A DNA stretch of 63,148 nt, taken from Hydrolagus affinis (lineage: Eukaryota). Below the pieces are notes generated by a model that was given only the letters and a program-made list of their open reading frames with translations, ran no database searches and was not told the DNA's origin. The translations under genes and the position numbers were made by a program. The stretch spans positions 1-63,148 of the forward strand of contig JAAILG010001685.1 of NCBI GenBank assembly GCA_012026655.1, read 5' to 3'. Below, one piece after another: positions 25,026 through 38,200 of the stretch (positions are counted from its first letter, which is position 1; the number at the start of each line of letters is the position of its first letter).

Positions 25026-25914
25026 TCAAAAGCTTTCATTTAATTATAGCGATCCCTTCTGACTGGATAAAGTGGGAAAAAATGTAGAAAAAGTGAACTG
25101 GGTCTGATTGAGCTTAATCAGCATAAACAAAATGCCACTATATAAAGGCTTTTACCCAACCCACAGCTCTGGTGCCCAATAGGAAAAGTGCTATATAAAT
25201 TTAATTATGTAGTATTAAACTGCTGCCCTAAAGGCACACTTTTTTTTGCGTAAACCTTCTGATGTGACATCACAAAGTTCCACAGATAATGGGCAATACT
25301 CATCATTCCTGTCATTGCAACATCATATCGGAAATGCTCTGTACAAAATGTTTGCTATCAATGTATCTTTACCTGGTCAATTTAAAGCATAAAACAGTTT
25401 AAAGATATCTACGAGACTGCATTGAGTGTACATATAGTTTGGTTTTATAAAGCATTTGGATTGTGTAACAATATGATTATTTCTTTTTTGCTATATCGAA
25501 AAAATTGTATTTTCTTCTTGGTTTAAACAAAATCTGTCACAATTGGCAAGCGGCCCAACAATCTTTGGGAAAACAGGATGTTAATATACCATATTAAGTA
25601 ATACAACAATTATTTACACTGGTCTTTTACAGGAAGTGGTTCTGTATAACTCAGCACATAAGGGTTGAGAATCACGTTTCAGCATTTAGCTTAGCTTCCA
25701 GTAATTAATGCCTGAATAATTAATCACAAACATCAATTTTACGATTTTAAAACTTTGATTAATTTAGCACAACTGCTCCACGCCATAATGCAGCAAAGAC
25801 GTGTGACACAATGAAACACAGACAGACAGATAAGAGCTATATAGAAATGAGAGGGTCCTGGTACAAAGCAATTTATTAAAAGTTGCAGGCAAGAAGAAGA
25901 CACATTTTTGATTA

Positions 25915-26268
25915 GTCCTGTAGATTAATAGTTACAGAACTTGCCTCACAAAAGAGAGAACCTGGGTTTGATTCCCAGGCAGGGCAAAATGTTCGGCTAG
26001 TTTCCTTACTCCAAATGCCCGGTTACCTAGCAGTAAGTAGGAACCAAGTTGCTAGTCGATTGGTGGATCACTTTCCAGGGGTAAGAATCCCTTTAAAAAC
26101 TATTAAAAATGTGGTCACTCATTCCACGACTGTTCGTGGGACCCTGCTGTGTGCAATTGGCAACTGCATTTCACCCATAAAATACAGTCAATCCACTTTA
26201 CAGTATATCCTGTAAAATGCTTTGAGACGTGCCGAAGATTAAACTATAATAAATGCAAGCATTATTAT
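25915..26268 (+). mobile_element. SINE family A, longer subtype
   Basis: Degenerate tRNA head, extra internal segment shared with 31277, tail aaatgcaagcattatt. Confidence 0.78.
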
Positions 26269-29200
26269 AAGAAATTGAAATCCATTATCCATTTATTTTA
26301 TTGATAGATAATCAAGAGAAATAATAATGAAACAATATAATTCAATATGGTTTGCATATTGGATCATAGCATCTCAGCAAAAGTTTTCCACACACACTGA
26401 TTTGGAATAATAATCAGAAATATATTGGCACCGACTTGGGAGGAAGTAATCTATCTGCTGCACTGATCCCAGAATATCGTCTTGTAAATATGGTAAAAGA
26501 AATAGGAGAACATTTGCTTATAAATTATGTTATATGTTATGCGTAAAATAAAATACTGAACAAATTTAAGTTCTTGCCTTACTATTGGTAGTTTCTAATA
26601 ACCTTTGCTCAGTAATCCACTGTGAAGATTAATGCGGGCGTTTTTCAGATTGCATTGGGCAAATCTGGTTCAACTGAAGTCAAGTTTAAAATATTGCTCA
26701 AAATTGTAATAACAATAATAACTGCAGACTCAGATGAAGAGTTTAATTACTGCAGAGGCCAGGGAATAGTGTTGAAAAGGGGCACAAAACAAGAAATCCA
26801 ATTGCAGTACAAATATTATTAAGAACTAATAAAGATTTATTTTGAAACAATTAAAGGAGCAATCTTCAAATTTTGAATTTTTGACAAGTCACTTGATTTT
26901 CTGCGTAAAATCTTCATAGTGTAGCTTAAACAACCCAAAAAAATTGTGTCTGATTTTTGCTGTACTGTACCACTGAGCATTTAGCCCCTTTACAGGTATT
27001 TTTCTTTCCAGCAGATGGCAGATAAACACTGCAGCTGCTACATTCCCCACCCTTAACTTTTAGCAGCGCTACTGAAATGCTGTTTGATTGCACTGATTTA
27101 TCTAAAGCATGACGTGACACCAACAGTGGGATGTGTGTTTATCCTCCCGCAGCTGTTGTATAAAGTGCTGGTAAAATAAAATATAACTCAACAGCTTCAA
27201 TGAAACCTGGATTTCCCAACAGTTTGAAGGTAATTTATACTCTCGGGTGTATAGCGTTTAGAGAAACATGCATTCAATTTTTTTCAATTAATTTATAATC
27301 TGTGGTGTCGAACATGTTCTCATTTATATTTGTGCTGCCTTTCCAAATGAGTTACTCTATAGAGTAGTTTAATTGATGTAATAACTAACTGGACGTATTC
27401 GATTATGTAAATAATAACTTGCTTCAATGCTTTTGAAGAAACTTCCTATGACACAATGTAAACATTATTAGTGTTTCGAAGGTTCTGAAATTGTATTTAT
27501 TACAGGATTACACATTAGGCAACTTTTCGGAATACCTTAATACAAAGCTCACTGTTAATACGTTATTACTGACATTGTTATTATTTGCTTTAGTTGTTTT
27601 CCATTTGTTCAGCTAAAATATTTTATTTAAGATAATGAGTTATTTTCGGTTGGTTTATGTATCTATACTTTGCCTTTGATTAAACATGATTACAAGTTTG
27701 TAAACATTTCAAAAGATCTGGCTATTTCAGCCGTATTAGAATTTACTGGAGAATGTTTACTTCAAGGATGTTTCCCTTTTATTCCATAGCATGTGTTAAT
27801 TCTTGAGAATATTATAAAATATTTATGGGTGATCTTCATAAACGTCAAGTGAAAAGTCAGGTTGCAATCGGCTGCAGATGGCATAACTTGTTAGTGCTTG
27901 CTCTTTAGTGCTTAGTTAAGTTAAAAGCGAATAGCGAACTAGCCAACACCCACATGATTTGTGTAAATTGTCTATGCTTTCCTGTATGTTGGCTACTGAT
28001 AGATTCCAATAAAGTGTATAAATCAAGAAAAAAATGCCAATGCTAAATGATCCTCGGTTTTACAGTTTGTCACTTGATTTGCTGCTTTTAATATATATTT
28101 TACAATGTTAAGAGTTTTTCAATCTTGTGGTGCAGTACACCTAAACCTCACCGATCTCTGTCTGTTGTGCTTCAATGAACACCTGCAAGTGTTAACTTTT
28201 CGGCACGCACTATTTCCACTGCCATCTGGAATACCCTGGAATTCAATATTTTTAATTAGTCAGTTTTCGGCAATGTTTGTTACTAAATGAGAACAAATAA
28301 ATAATATTTGGCTTTAATACTACTTATTCGGTATTTAATTTAAGTGTAAGGGCTCTTAATTCAAATAATCCCGAACAATATTGTAATAAATGCTTGACAC
28401 TCGTTTTAGGGTTTGATTACACCACCGTGTTTTATGATTAAAGTAATCCCAGCAGGAAAGCCAGGCAGATGTTCTTCTTAACCAAATGTTGAAATCTTTC
28501 AAACTTATATGCAGTGATTGTCAATGCAAACCAGATGTTTTAGGAATAGAGACCAAACCCCAAGATAGGGTTGGACTCTCACTCTACAAATGACTTCGGT
28601 TATTGTGCCCTATTTTCGTCACTAAAATAAATAGTGACTAAATATTACATGCGTTCTTTTTGAGAAGACTACATAGGAATAGATTTCAGTCAATAAAATC
28701 CTAAAGATGGATTGCATTTTATGGATAAGTCATTTTACAATGAAAAGGACGATAATTAAGTAACATGATTAAAAGCTTAAGCCCTCTCATATTTGAGAAA
28801 AGGAAAATATCCCTTTCCAGCAGGAAACAATTGTGATCGTATGTTTTGCCTCACGGAGACTCCGATTTAGTTGCTGGACTAGATCCACTGATTTTAATGA
28901 GAGTAAGAGCTTTGGGTCAAATTGGTGGCTTTAGACCTCTCAAAAATAATTAACAAGAGTATGCACCAGGACCCATCCGGTAGTGATTTATTTGTGGATC
29001 AGCTCCAAGCTAGTCCTGCGCTGAATGCCTGCCAATACTCGTATTTCCACAAAACGGCAATGCGTATTGTGTATTCTGAACTGCTTACAGTTTTGTGTGA
29101 GTTGGTCGTCATTGCATTGCCAAGTAGACTACTGAGGCCAGGAAATATATATATATAAAACAAGCGCATAAAGGATAAGTAGAGTCAAAGAGCGAAAGAG

Positions 29201-29562
29201 AATACAGTATATTAACGCAATTTAACACTACTCAGGAAACGTAGCATTTTGACAACAATAATGAACCACATCTTTACTGCATGTTTCCTCCCGCCTTTAT
29301 CAATTTATTTATAATTTATGAATTATGAAGAGCCAGAACTCTATGCATGGGTCACAGACATCACCAGCCTGTGTGACTCTTAACGCATGCGGCACTCTTC
29401 GCTCATTATATTGTGGGACATTACAGCTGGACCTTTCGCAATAGCTCACATACGCACCATTCTAGTCTAGTACAGTACTCGAGTGGGAGAGGAGTTGCTG
29501 CACCTCCCGGATGCACTGACTTCTCTCCCTGAAAGGGAGCGTGTTGTCAGTCAGTCTCCCTG

Positions 29563-29662
29563 NNNNNNNNNNNNNNNNNNNNNNNNNNNNNNNNNNNNNN
29601 NNNNNNNNNNNNNNNNNNNNNNNNNNNNNNNNNNNNNNNNNNNNNNNNNNNNNNNNNNNNNN
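29563..29662. other. Assembly gap (100 N)
   Basis: Run of Ns just upstream of the TGFBR3 promoter. Confidence 0.99.
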
Positions 29663-29699
29663 CTTTCACTTTCTTCCCCCCCCCCCATCTCTCTTTATC

Positions 29700-29990
29700 T
29701 GTGTGTGTGTGTTGACAGCGCGCTGTCACCGCCAGCTCACACGCACGGCGCACCTTCCAGAAGGTTTTTGTCGTTATTTTTGAAGTATTTTCCCCACCCC
29801 TCGAGGGCTCGCGTCGCTGGACCCGCCCCTCCCCCCGAGCGGACCAATGAGCGTGGGCTGGAGGCGGGGCGACGGCGAGGCGCGGGGAGTGGAGCATGCG
29901 CGATGGGTCATTTTGTTTCATTAACCACCTCCCTCCCTCCCTGCCCCCCCCCCACCCTATCCCTCCCACCACACCACGTACCCCTCACAC
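29700..29990 (+). promoter_or_regulatory. TGFBR3 CpG-island promoter
   Basis: GC/CpG-rich; GC boxes (cccgccc near 29822, ggcgggg near 29863) and CCAAT near 29844. Confidence 0.7.
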
Positions 29991-30293
29991 TGGAGAACGT
30001 GAACGTGCGCTGCGATCAGACCTTAAGAAAAACCCATCGAGCATTCCCCTCTTGCAGGCTGCAAATGAGCAATTGGGTATCACGGACAGTGGCAGTTTCG
30101 CTCATTGCTGTACTCTTCCATCATCATCATCATCACCCCAAAGTCCAAGCCGCAATGTTTAAGTTAAGTTGGTTGTCCAACTAACTTCGGCCCTTGGTGT
30201 GACATTTGTTTTTTTTCTTTCCACCCCCACACCACTCTCCGCTCCGTTTTTTTTGGTGCAGTTTTGACAGCGAAAGGAAATCGAGATATGTGC
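29990..30293 (+). other. TGFBR3: TGFBR3 non-coding exon 1 (start approximate)
   Basis: Donor TGC|gtaagt at 30293/30294 downstream of the CpG island; next acceptor at 35005/35006. Confidence 0.55.
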
Positions 30294-30750
30294 GTAAGTA
30301 CAGTTCATACGAAGTTTGTCAACTCCCAGGGATTTGGAGATTTGTTTTGAATGTGTTCTGTCAGAAAGTTTCTCTGTGTGTGTGTGTGTTGGGAGGAGAA
30401 GGAGGAGGAGGGGAACTGATGTTTGCTTACAGAACCAGATTGTTTTATAATCCAAGCGAGACTGGTTATGTAAATCCAAAGGAAAGCGTGTCTATTTCAA
30501 ACACAACATGTTGCGGAATATTTATATTTGCTTCGGCTCTTGCCAGTATTTCAACTCGTAGGTTTGCGGAGAGTGACAGTCTTTCTATGTTGTTTATGTT
30601 CTGATGTTTGTACAGGGTCGACTGAAATTGATTCCACAACTGCCAGTGTTTGCACCTACACGAAAGGTGTGTTTGTTTTTTTAAAAAATGAGATGAACAC
30701 TACAAAACAGTGTGTAAGATGCTGCTTTTGTGTAGGCCATTGCAGGGGAA

Positions 30751-30792
30751 ATGGTTGTTCAACGCAGGTTGATGGTTGTTCAACGCAGGTTG
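30751..30792 (+). repeat. Perfect 21-bp tandem duplication (atggttgttcaacgcaggttg x2)
   Basis: Read directly. Confidence 0.9.
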
Positions 30793-31276
30793 ATTGTGTA
30801 CTGTATACAAATATACTCAATCAACTCAATGGGCAAAACAGAATTAGTTAGGGAAAAGTTTGCAATCTGCAATCCCAGGATTGAGTTATTTCAGAAAGGA
30901 TGAATATATACGTTTTACCATCTGGGGGAGATAATTAATATGACTTTTTAATTAAATTTTTTTTTTGGGGGGAGGGGGAATGAAGTTCCAGAGAGAAGGG
31001 TTGCAATGGTTGAAAGCTCTGGTACTGATGGTGGAATAAAGGGAGTGAGGAAAGAGCAGTAGACCAGAATGAGAAGAGCAGAGGGCATGGCCTGAAGAAT
31101 AGGACAGGGGGAAACTGGAAAGGTAAGGATACATCAAGCACCTGTGCCGTTTGATGATCATATGTGATACAGGAAAAGGAATACACTGTTAAGCCTGTTG
31201 AACTTGCTCTGCCAATTTAATTATGGCAGATCGTTTGATCATATTTCCCTAATTTTCACATTGTTCCTTAATACCC

Positions 31277-31659
31277 TGTGGAGTCCTGTAGCTTAGTGGT
31301 GGAGCGCTCGCCTTGCAAGTGAGAGGACCTGTGTTCAATTCCCGTTAGGGCGAAACCATGGGCAGGTTTCCTTACTCCACATGCCTCTGTTCAACTAGTA
31401 GTAAGTGGGAATCTGGTTGTTAGTTGATTAGCGGATCACTTTTCTGTGGATAATAATCCCTTTAAAATTTTAAAACTAATAGAATTAATGTGGTCACTCA
31501 ATCCATGACTGTTTGTAGGACACTGCTATGTGCAATTGACTGCCGTGTTTTGTCCACAAAATATGCAGTCAATTCATTTTACAGTGTATTCTGTGAAGTG
31601 CTTTGAGACATCTGGAAGACATGATAAGGCACGATCAAATGCAAAGATTATTATTATTA
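31277..31659 (+). mobile_element. SINE family A, longer subtype
   Basis: A-box tagcttagtggt, anticodon-like cttgcaa, B-box gttcaattc, (TTA)n tail. Confidence 0.85.
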
Positions 31660-31758
31660 CCCTTATTTTCTAAGAAGATACCAATCTCCTGAATTGATTA
31701 TACTGCAATAATATAACATAATAATTCTTATATTGAGTATAGTGCTTTTCACATTAGG

Positions 31759-32079
31759 GGGAGCTCCTGTATCTGAGTGGTAAGAGCACTCGCCTTGCAA
31801 GCGTGAGATCTGTGTTCGAATCCAGGCAGATCAGGGCGAAACCTTGGGCAACTTTCCTTACTCCACATGCCGAATAATAATCCGTCCAAAAAAACCACAA
31901 GAATAAAAATTGATCATTTTAAATCCACAACTGTTTGTGGGACACTGCTGTGCACAATTGGCTACCGCATTTTGCCCACAATCGTACAGTCAATTCACTT
32001 TACAGTATATTCTGTGAAGCACTTTGAGACAGCGATAAGATGTGAAAAGCGCTATATCAAATGCAAGGATTATTATTAT
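31759..32079 (+). mobile_element. SINE family A
   Basis: tRNA head with B-box gttcgaatcc; tail caaatgcaaggattattatt. Confidence 0.87.
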
Positions 32080-33071
32080 CTCATAGCTTTCAAAGGAAAC
32101 ATTGTAAAATGGAATGAGTGTATTTTATGGGCATTCTTGACAGTGAATTTAGGACTTCCAACAATGCAGCGCACTGCTGGTACAGTATTGGAGTGTCCTA
32201 GACTATATGAGTTCCTCGTCTTGATTTGGGGCACTCACCCACAATTTTTTAATGTCAGAAGCAAGAGTACTTCCAAATGCATCTATGGCTTCTAGAGCGG
32301 TGAAGTGTTGTCTGATCTAACTTTTTAATAGGCTCAGTAAAAAATGTCAATTCCCGTCAATATGTTAAACACCGAGAGCGAAATCGCCATTTAAATTCCA
32401 AAATGTTTACCCAATCTGAAATCATAGCTAAATCCCTTTGTACTTGGTATTAATCTGGTGAATTGTGCTTGGATGCCTTACAATCTTAGCATATCCCTTC
32501 TAAGGTCGTGTCCCTGAAACTGAACACAATCTGTGAAAAGAATGATCTAAGATAATCTTCCTTTAGAATAGTTTCCTTTCAAGATCCTTTCAAGCCAAAG
32601 TTGAAATGGTGATTCTACATAAAATCAGGAATTTACTTCTTAATGTATTCTGGACAACCTAATTGCTAAAATATTATATTATTATAGCATAGTTAGAAAA
32701 CGTTTGCCCCCAGTAATCCCTGAAATCAATACTGTGCTTCAGTATTGTCAGTAAACTGTGATTCTACAAATGCAAAATGTATAATGGTCATTGGTTTTAT
32801 CTTGAAGTTTACAATTGCGAGCAATTGCTGAATGTAGGTCTGTGCCGAATTCTTTTCAGCTGTTCTGAACTTTCATTGTATAACTGCTATTTTATACAAA
32901 TATTTGTTTGTATTCACTGACTGTACACTGAAAGGCCCTTCTATAATAAATGCATAACTCTTGTTTGTACACTTGCTAAGATACATTTTTAAAGAACAGC
33001 ACCTTCATAAACAAGTGCTCAGCATTTTTGTTTGTCTTAGCAAAAGGCAAATCAGCGCTTTTTGGATACAA

Positions 33072-33790
33072 CGCAACAACAACTTGCATTTATATAGAAC
33101 TCTCCATGCCAGATGGCGTCTCAGTGCGCTTCACAATAGCAGAGCCCGGGGCTGAGCCAGCAGGAAGGGGATGGTGACTATAGGCGTGGTCGAACAGAAA
33201 GGTCTTCAGGTGCAACCTGAAGATGGAAAAGGAGGAGGTGAGGCAAAGAGACTGAGGGAGGGAGTTTCAGAGTTTCGTGGCGTAGTACTGAAAGCAAGGC
33301 CACCGATGGTTGAGCGGAAGATTCAGGGGACAAGGAAGAGGCCAGACCCCGTAGAGCAGAAGCAGCGGGTACTGCTGTGACGAGAGAGGAGGTTAGAGAG
33401 ATGGGAGGTGCAGAAGAGTGGAGGGATTTAAATACAAGAGTAAGTGTCATCCACATACATCTGGATGTTTACCCCATGTCTGCGGATGACATCACCAAGA
33501 AGGAACATGTAGATAAGGAAGAGAAGGGGGCCAAGGATGGATTCTTGGGGTACACTGCAGGTGACCGGGTGAAAGCGAGAGGAAAAGCCGTTTGCAAAGA
33601 TGTTGTGCTGGCGGTTTGTGAGGTAGGACTCGAACCAAGCAAGTGCGGTCCCACTGAGGTGGATGACGGAGGATAGGCAGAGGATAGGTGGAGGAGGATG
33701 GCGTGATCGACTGTGTCGAAGGCAGCGGAGTGGTCCAGGAGGATAAGGAGCCAGAGGGAGCCTTGGTCACAGATAAAGAAGACATTGTTT
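33072..33790 (-). mobile_element. L2-type LINE fragment with degenerate reverse transcriptase
   Basis: LILLDHSAAFDTVDHAILL RT motif plus a frameshifted GVPQ-like segment; same 3' tail as 16231. Confidence 0.85.
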
Positions 33791-35163
33791 GTGACTTTCG
33801 CATTTTCTGTATGCAATGCCATAAATATTTGATAAGTATGACACAGGAATGTTAAATCTCTAATTCCTACACCAACAAAACCGAAATTACTGAACCTTTT
33901 CATTCAAGACTTCAATTACTTAACCAACCGTAAAATGTTGTGGGTGCCATCTGCTGGGTATCAAAAGTATGTTCAATGATAAAAGTAACCACTGGTTACG
34001 CTTAGGAATTTGGAGAACCTCCTTAGTATTTGTATGACCATAATTCCAATGTGGTTGACTGTATTTCCATGAAATATGAGATTTTATATTGCACAAAAAA
34101 TCCTTAATTTATTGCTTTAGGATTCAAGCTTAAAATGTTCTCTGTAGAATTGAAATTAAAGTGTTTGTACCTTTTAAGTCTTTTAGTTATCTTCTATGCC
34201 AGCTCTAGCTTTGAAGGAATTTCAGTACTGAAGAAAAATTGCAGCAAACTGATTTTTTTTCTTTTAAAAAAAACTTTCTTATGTTTCATTTACAGTTAAA
34301 CTAAATAGTGTTGGTGTTTTTAGCAATTTAAATTATTAATCCCTTCTAAAATAATACCAATAATAATTTGGTCACTCAATCCACAACTGTTTGTGGGACA
34401 GCCAATTGTGCTCAACTATCAACTATCAATTTCAAATTAATGTTGAAATTAATTTCAAAACTTTTTATCAGTTTTTGAACTTCATCTATTAACTACTAAA
34501 TATTGCAGTTTACTAAAAAAGGAAATACCTACCGGTATTTTTTTCATCATTTAAGTAACCAGTGAGATAAAATGTAGGGTTTCCATGACAGGTACATAAT
34601 AGGTTTTCCCCCCAAAACAGCTGGATATAATCCTAGCAGAATATCGTACAAATAAATTGAAATTGTAACCAGACTTATTTGATTTCATATAGTTTAATGT
34701 GAAACAGTTAAAATTATACTTTCATATTTGCATTTAATTGTTACATCTGTTCAAAATTTTAAGAATAAAACATAAATTATGGTTCATTATTGTGGTTTGG
34801 AGTGGAGGATCCCAAAACTTAATTATTTGCCTTGGAGAAAAGAAGTGACAACTCAATGAATGGATTAAAATTGATAATCGAACATTGAACACTGTGATTG
34901 TCCTAGTTTTAGAAAAAACACATTGCTAGCACAATTGTAACCAAGATGATCCATTGTGCACATGTGCTTAAATTTATGGCTTATATTACATTTTTCCCCT
35001 TCTAGATTTGAAGAAGAGCATCATTGAAGATCAGAAGATTTCTGGTCATTCATCTATCTTGCTTGGAAAAACGTTACATGCAGTGAAGAACCTAGTTGCT
35101 ACAGAACCACTACTAGACTTCATTGCTTATCCAAGAAATTAGGACGGGATATAATCAATAAAC

Positions 35164-35224
35164 ATGAATTCAATTGGAATTCTAACAGCACTGCTCTTCA
35201 AGTTGTTGTGTGGAATTTCTGCAG
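35164..35224 (+). CDS. TGFBR3: TGFBR3 first coding exon, signal peptide MNSIGILTALLFKLLCGISA(G); exon starts at 35006
   Basis: Hydrophobic leader, 61 coding nt, donor CAG|gtgagt, acceptor ttctag| at 35005. Confidence 0.88.
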
Positions 35225-38200
35225 GTGAGTGCCATTTTCATAATTTCTTTAAAAGTTTAAAAAGTCGGTTGGTCTTCATTTTAGTGATATGTTCAAGCTT
35301 ACAATTGATTATAGATCACATTAATATCCATACATACCACTCTAGCTATCTACACTTCTGGATGCTTCACAACTTTAGCATGTTGTACGATTTTAGTTGC
35401 TGCAACATAAAGGTGCTATTCAAGCCCTAGAGTTGCTGCAGAGGTCAGCAGCAACACTGATCAATGTGTTAGAGGGATAGTTCTGAGAACTGCCTTATTA
35501 AATAAGATTTAAAAAGGGACCTTATAAAATGCGGGTTTGAGGTAGTTGACACAGAATACTTTGTAATAATGAGGACAAGAGAACATAATTTCAGGCTTGT
35601 GGTATTTTTAGGATGTACATGAGGAAACATTTCTTTTCACAGTGATTAACCAAATTACAGTTTAACTCATTTTGCAAAAGTAATGTAGTGTAATAACACA
35701 TAGGAAGGAGGGCTATAAGGAGGGATGGTTGAGGCCAGGTCCTTGGTCCTGTCTAAGAAACAAATTGAAACTGTAATGTGAAGACTATAGAATGGGTTTT
35801 CTAGAAGAATGAAATCAAATTGGTGAAAGATCCTTCTTCATCTATGTTTACCCACAAAACATACAGTCACTAAACTTTTACCGTACAATCTGTGAAACGC
35901 TTTGGACATCTTCCTGATGTGAAAGGCTCCAGGCCCAAAATATCAAATATAAGGATTTTATTTCTTTGATGATATCAGTGTTGCATTTTGCAAGGAATTT
36001 GTGTTATATTTTAGATTTAGAGGACAATTTTCTAAAAAGATTCTTTACTGACTACTGGTGTTTCCCCGATGTGAAAGGTGCTCTATAAATGTAAGCTTGT
36101 GGTTGTTGTTCATATTTTGTTCCATTGCCAGTGAATTGTTGTTTACTTGACGTTCCTGATTCCATCCAGCTGCCTCATCATTTCCAAAAAGTATATTCCA
36201 CATGTTTGTCAACCATTCTTTAAATTATTTTGTGTGCAGTAACATTATGATATAGAATTAGATTATCCACTGCCAAAACAATTTTGCCATTAAAACATGC
36301 ACGGAATCTACTCCACTTTGTAATCCTGCATATATTTTTATGGTAGGTAATACTCATAGTACCAGATTAATTGCTACTGGGACTTGGATATTGTTGTGAA
36401 TGAATTGATGTTGCCTAAGGCCTTAATATGAAATACAATATTTTTCCTTTAAATTTATTTTATCTATACTTATCTTCACTATTAAACTAATTGATCTAAA
36501 CTAGATTCTGACAAAATAATCCAGATAACTGTTTGGCGTCGAATGCTTGTTTTTGCAAAGTGGTGGAGATGGCATCAGTGCTTTTTTTTTACTAATTCTT
36601 TTTGCTTTTTTTTGCATTCAATCCCCTCCCCCCCATGCAAAAGACCATCTTCATTGATCAAGGCACTTTAACTGGTGATGGCTATCTATCAAGATCAAGT
36701 GTGGAGATTAACCAAAACTTCCATTTGAATCTAAAATGCTATCACACCTGGATTTCTGTGCTCAGGGAATTAACTTCATGTTCCTCACTAAACTTCAAAT
36801 CCTTTCATGTTTTTGCAACACCTTTCCTCTTGTACCTTTCCCCTTCATGATCCCAACATTGATGGCCAAGAGTTTAGCCACAACACATGCTAGATTTTAG
36901 CCACTATGCATTCTAGATTTTAGCCACTATACTTAGTAGCTGAAACCTTGCACTGTAAAGTGTAGTGACTGTGAGAGTTCTCTGGAACTCTCTCTAAATC
37001 CCTTAGTTTTGTGGAATTATAACTGTAAAAAATGCAGATTCTGCTCCATGTCCAGACAATGAATGTATATTTTTAGATGAATGTATATTGCAAATGGCCA
37101 TTATGACCAAGTCAATTACAAAGATAAATAGCGTATTGGGAAAATTCCAAACCTCTCTTCAATACTTGAACATTTGAGTAATGGGGATTTGCATACCATC
37201 TAGTGTACTTTGCTTCTATGATAATCAAGTAAAGTTATTTTTGCTTCCAGATGGTTCACAACCAAAATGATATTACCCTCTGCCAGTCAGGTACACTCTG
37301 TACATGGTAATAAATGTGGATATGATATGAGGAGGAAAATAAATGCTGTCTTGGCTTTGGTGTATCTTATTCAAATTTAACATCTGGCTATGGAATTGCT
37401 CCCACAGAGTTTGAGACATTGATACAAGCTGGTGATTGTTAGAAAATATTTAACTCACAACATCTGTTATAAGTAAAATAGAATTGTGACTGCTGCAATC
37501 ATTACACTGTTGATGAGGTCCTACAGAACCTTCCCATCAAAAACACTTTAATAACTTTTCCACTGGAATGATGTCAGTGTCTATACTGCAATCTTTTTAA
37601 TCATTTAGGTTCCAATTTCTTCCTTGAGAAAAACAAAAGATTAAGCAATTTACATTTAAACAAAACAACGTTGTGTGGGTAATGACTTTTTTAAAATAAA
37701 AATGCTGCCAGATCTGATTACAATAGAATCTGTTGTTACAATCCTGCACTTTATCAAAAAATCTTTAGAGGAGCTCCTTAACTCATAATAGGGACATATT
37801 TGTCAGCCCTTGAATTTGAAATAGTGAGAGTTGAGTATCTTTTAATAATAATCCTTGCATTTGTTATTGCACTTTTCATGTCTGTCTTAAGAAGTTGTAA
37901 TATATTTCCTCTTTTATGCTTTTATGATGTGCAAAAGGAACTTCCTTTATGAAATTAACTAGGAAATTGTCATCAGGTGTGCTCTGCTAGCTTGTGTCCA
38001 CCCAAAATTATCATCTTAAGGGAATTCTCAATTTTCATTGTGTGTCAGTTTTGTTTTCCTTCCTAAAGATATTCAATAATTGACTTAATTACAGAAGCTA
38101 TCATATGAAAAATCTTAGTAAGTTGAGAAGCTGCAGTTAGTTAAAAAGATCCATGAAAACTGGATTTATTTTCCATTAATAATGTTTGCTTGAACTGCCA

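Noticed and set aside
29483-30604. Long ORFs over the CpG island
   Set aside because: They span Ns and low-complexity GC-rich promoter/UTR sequence.
31867-33903. ORFs of 100-144 aa in TGFBR3 intron 1
   Set aside because: They derive from SINE and frameshifted L2 remnants, not host genes.
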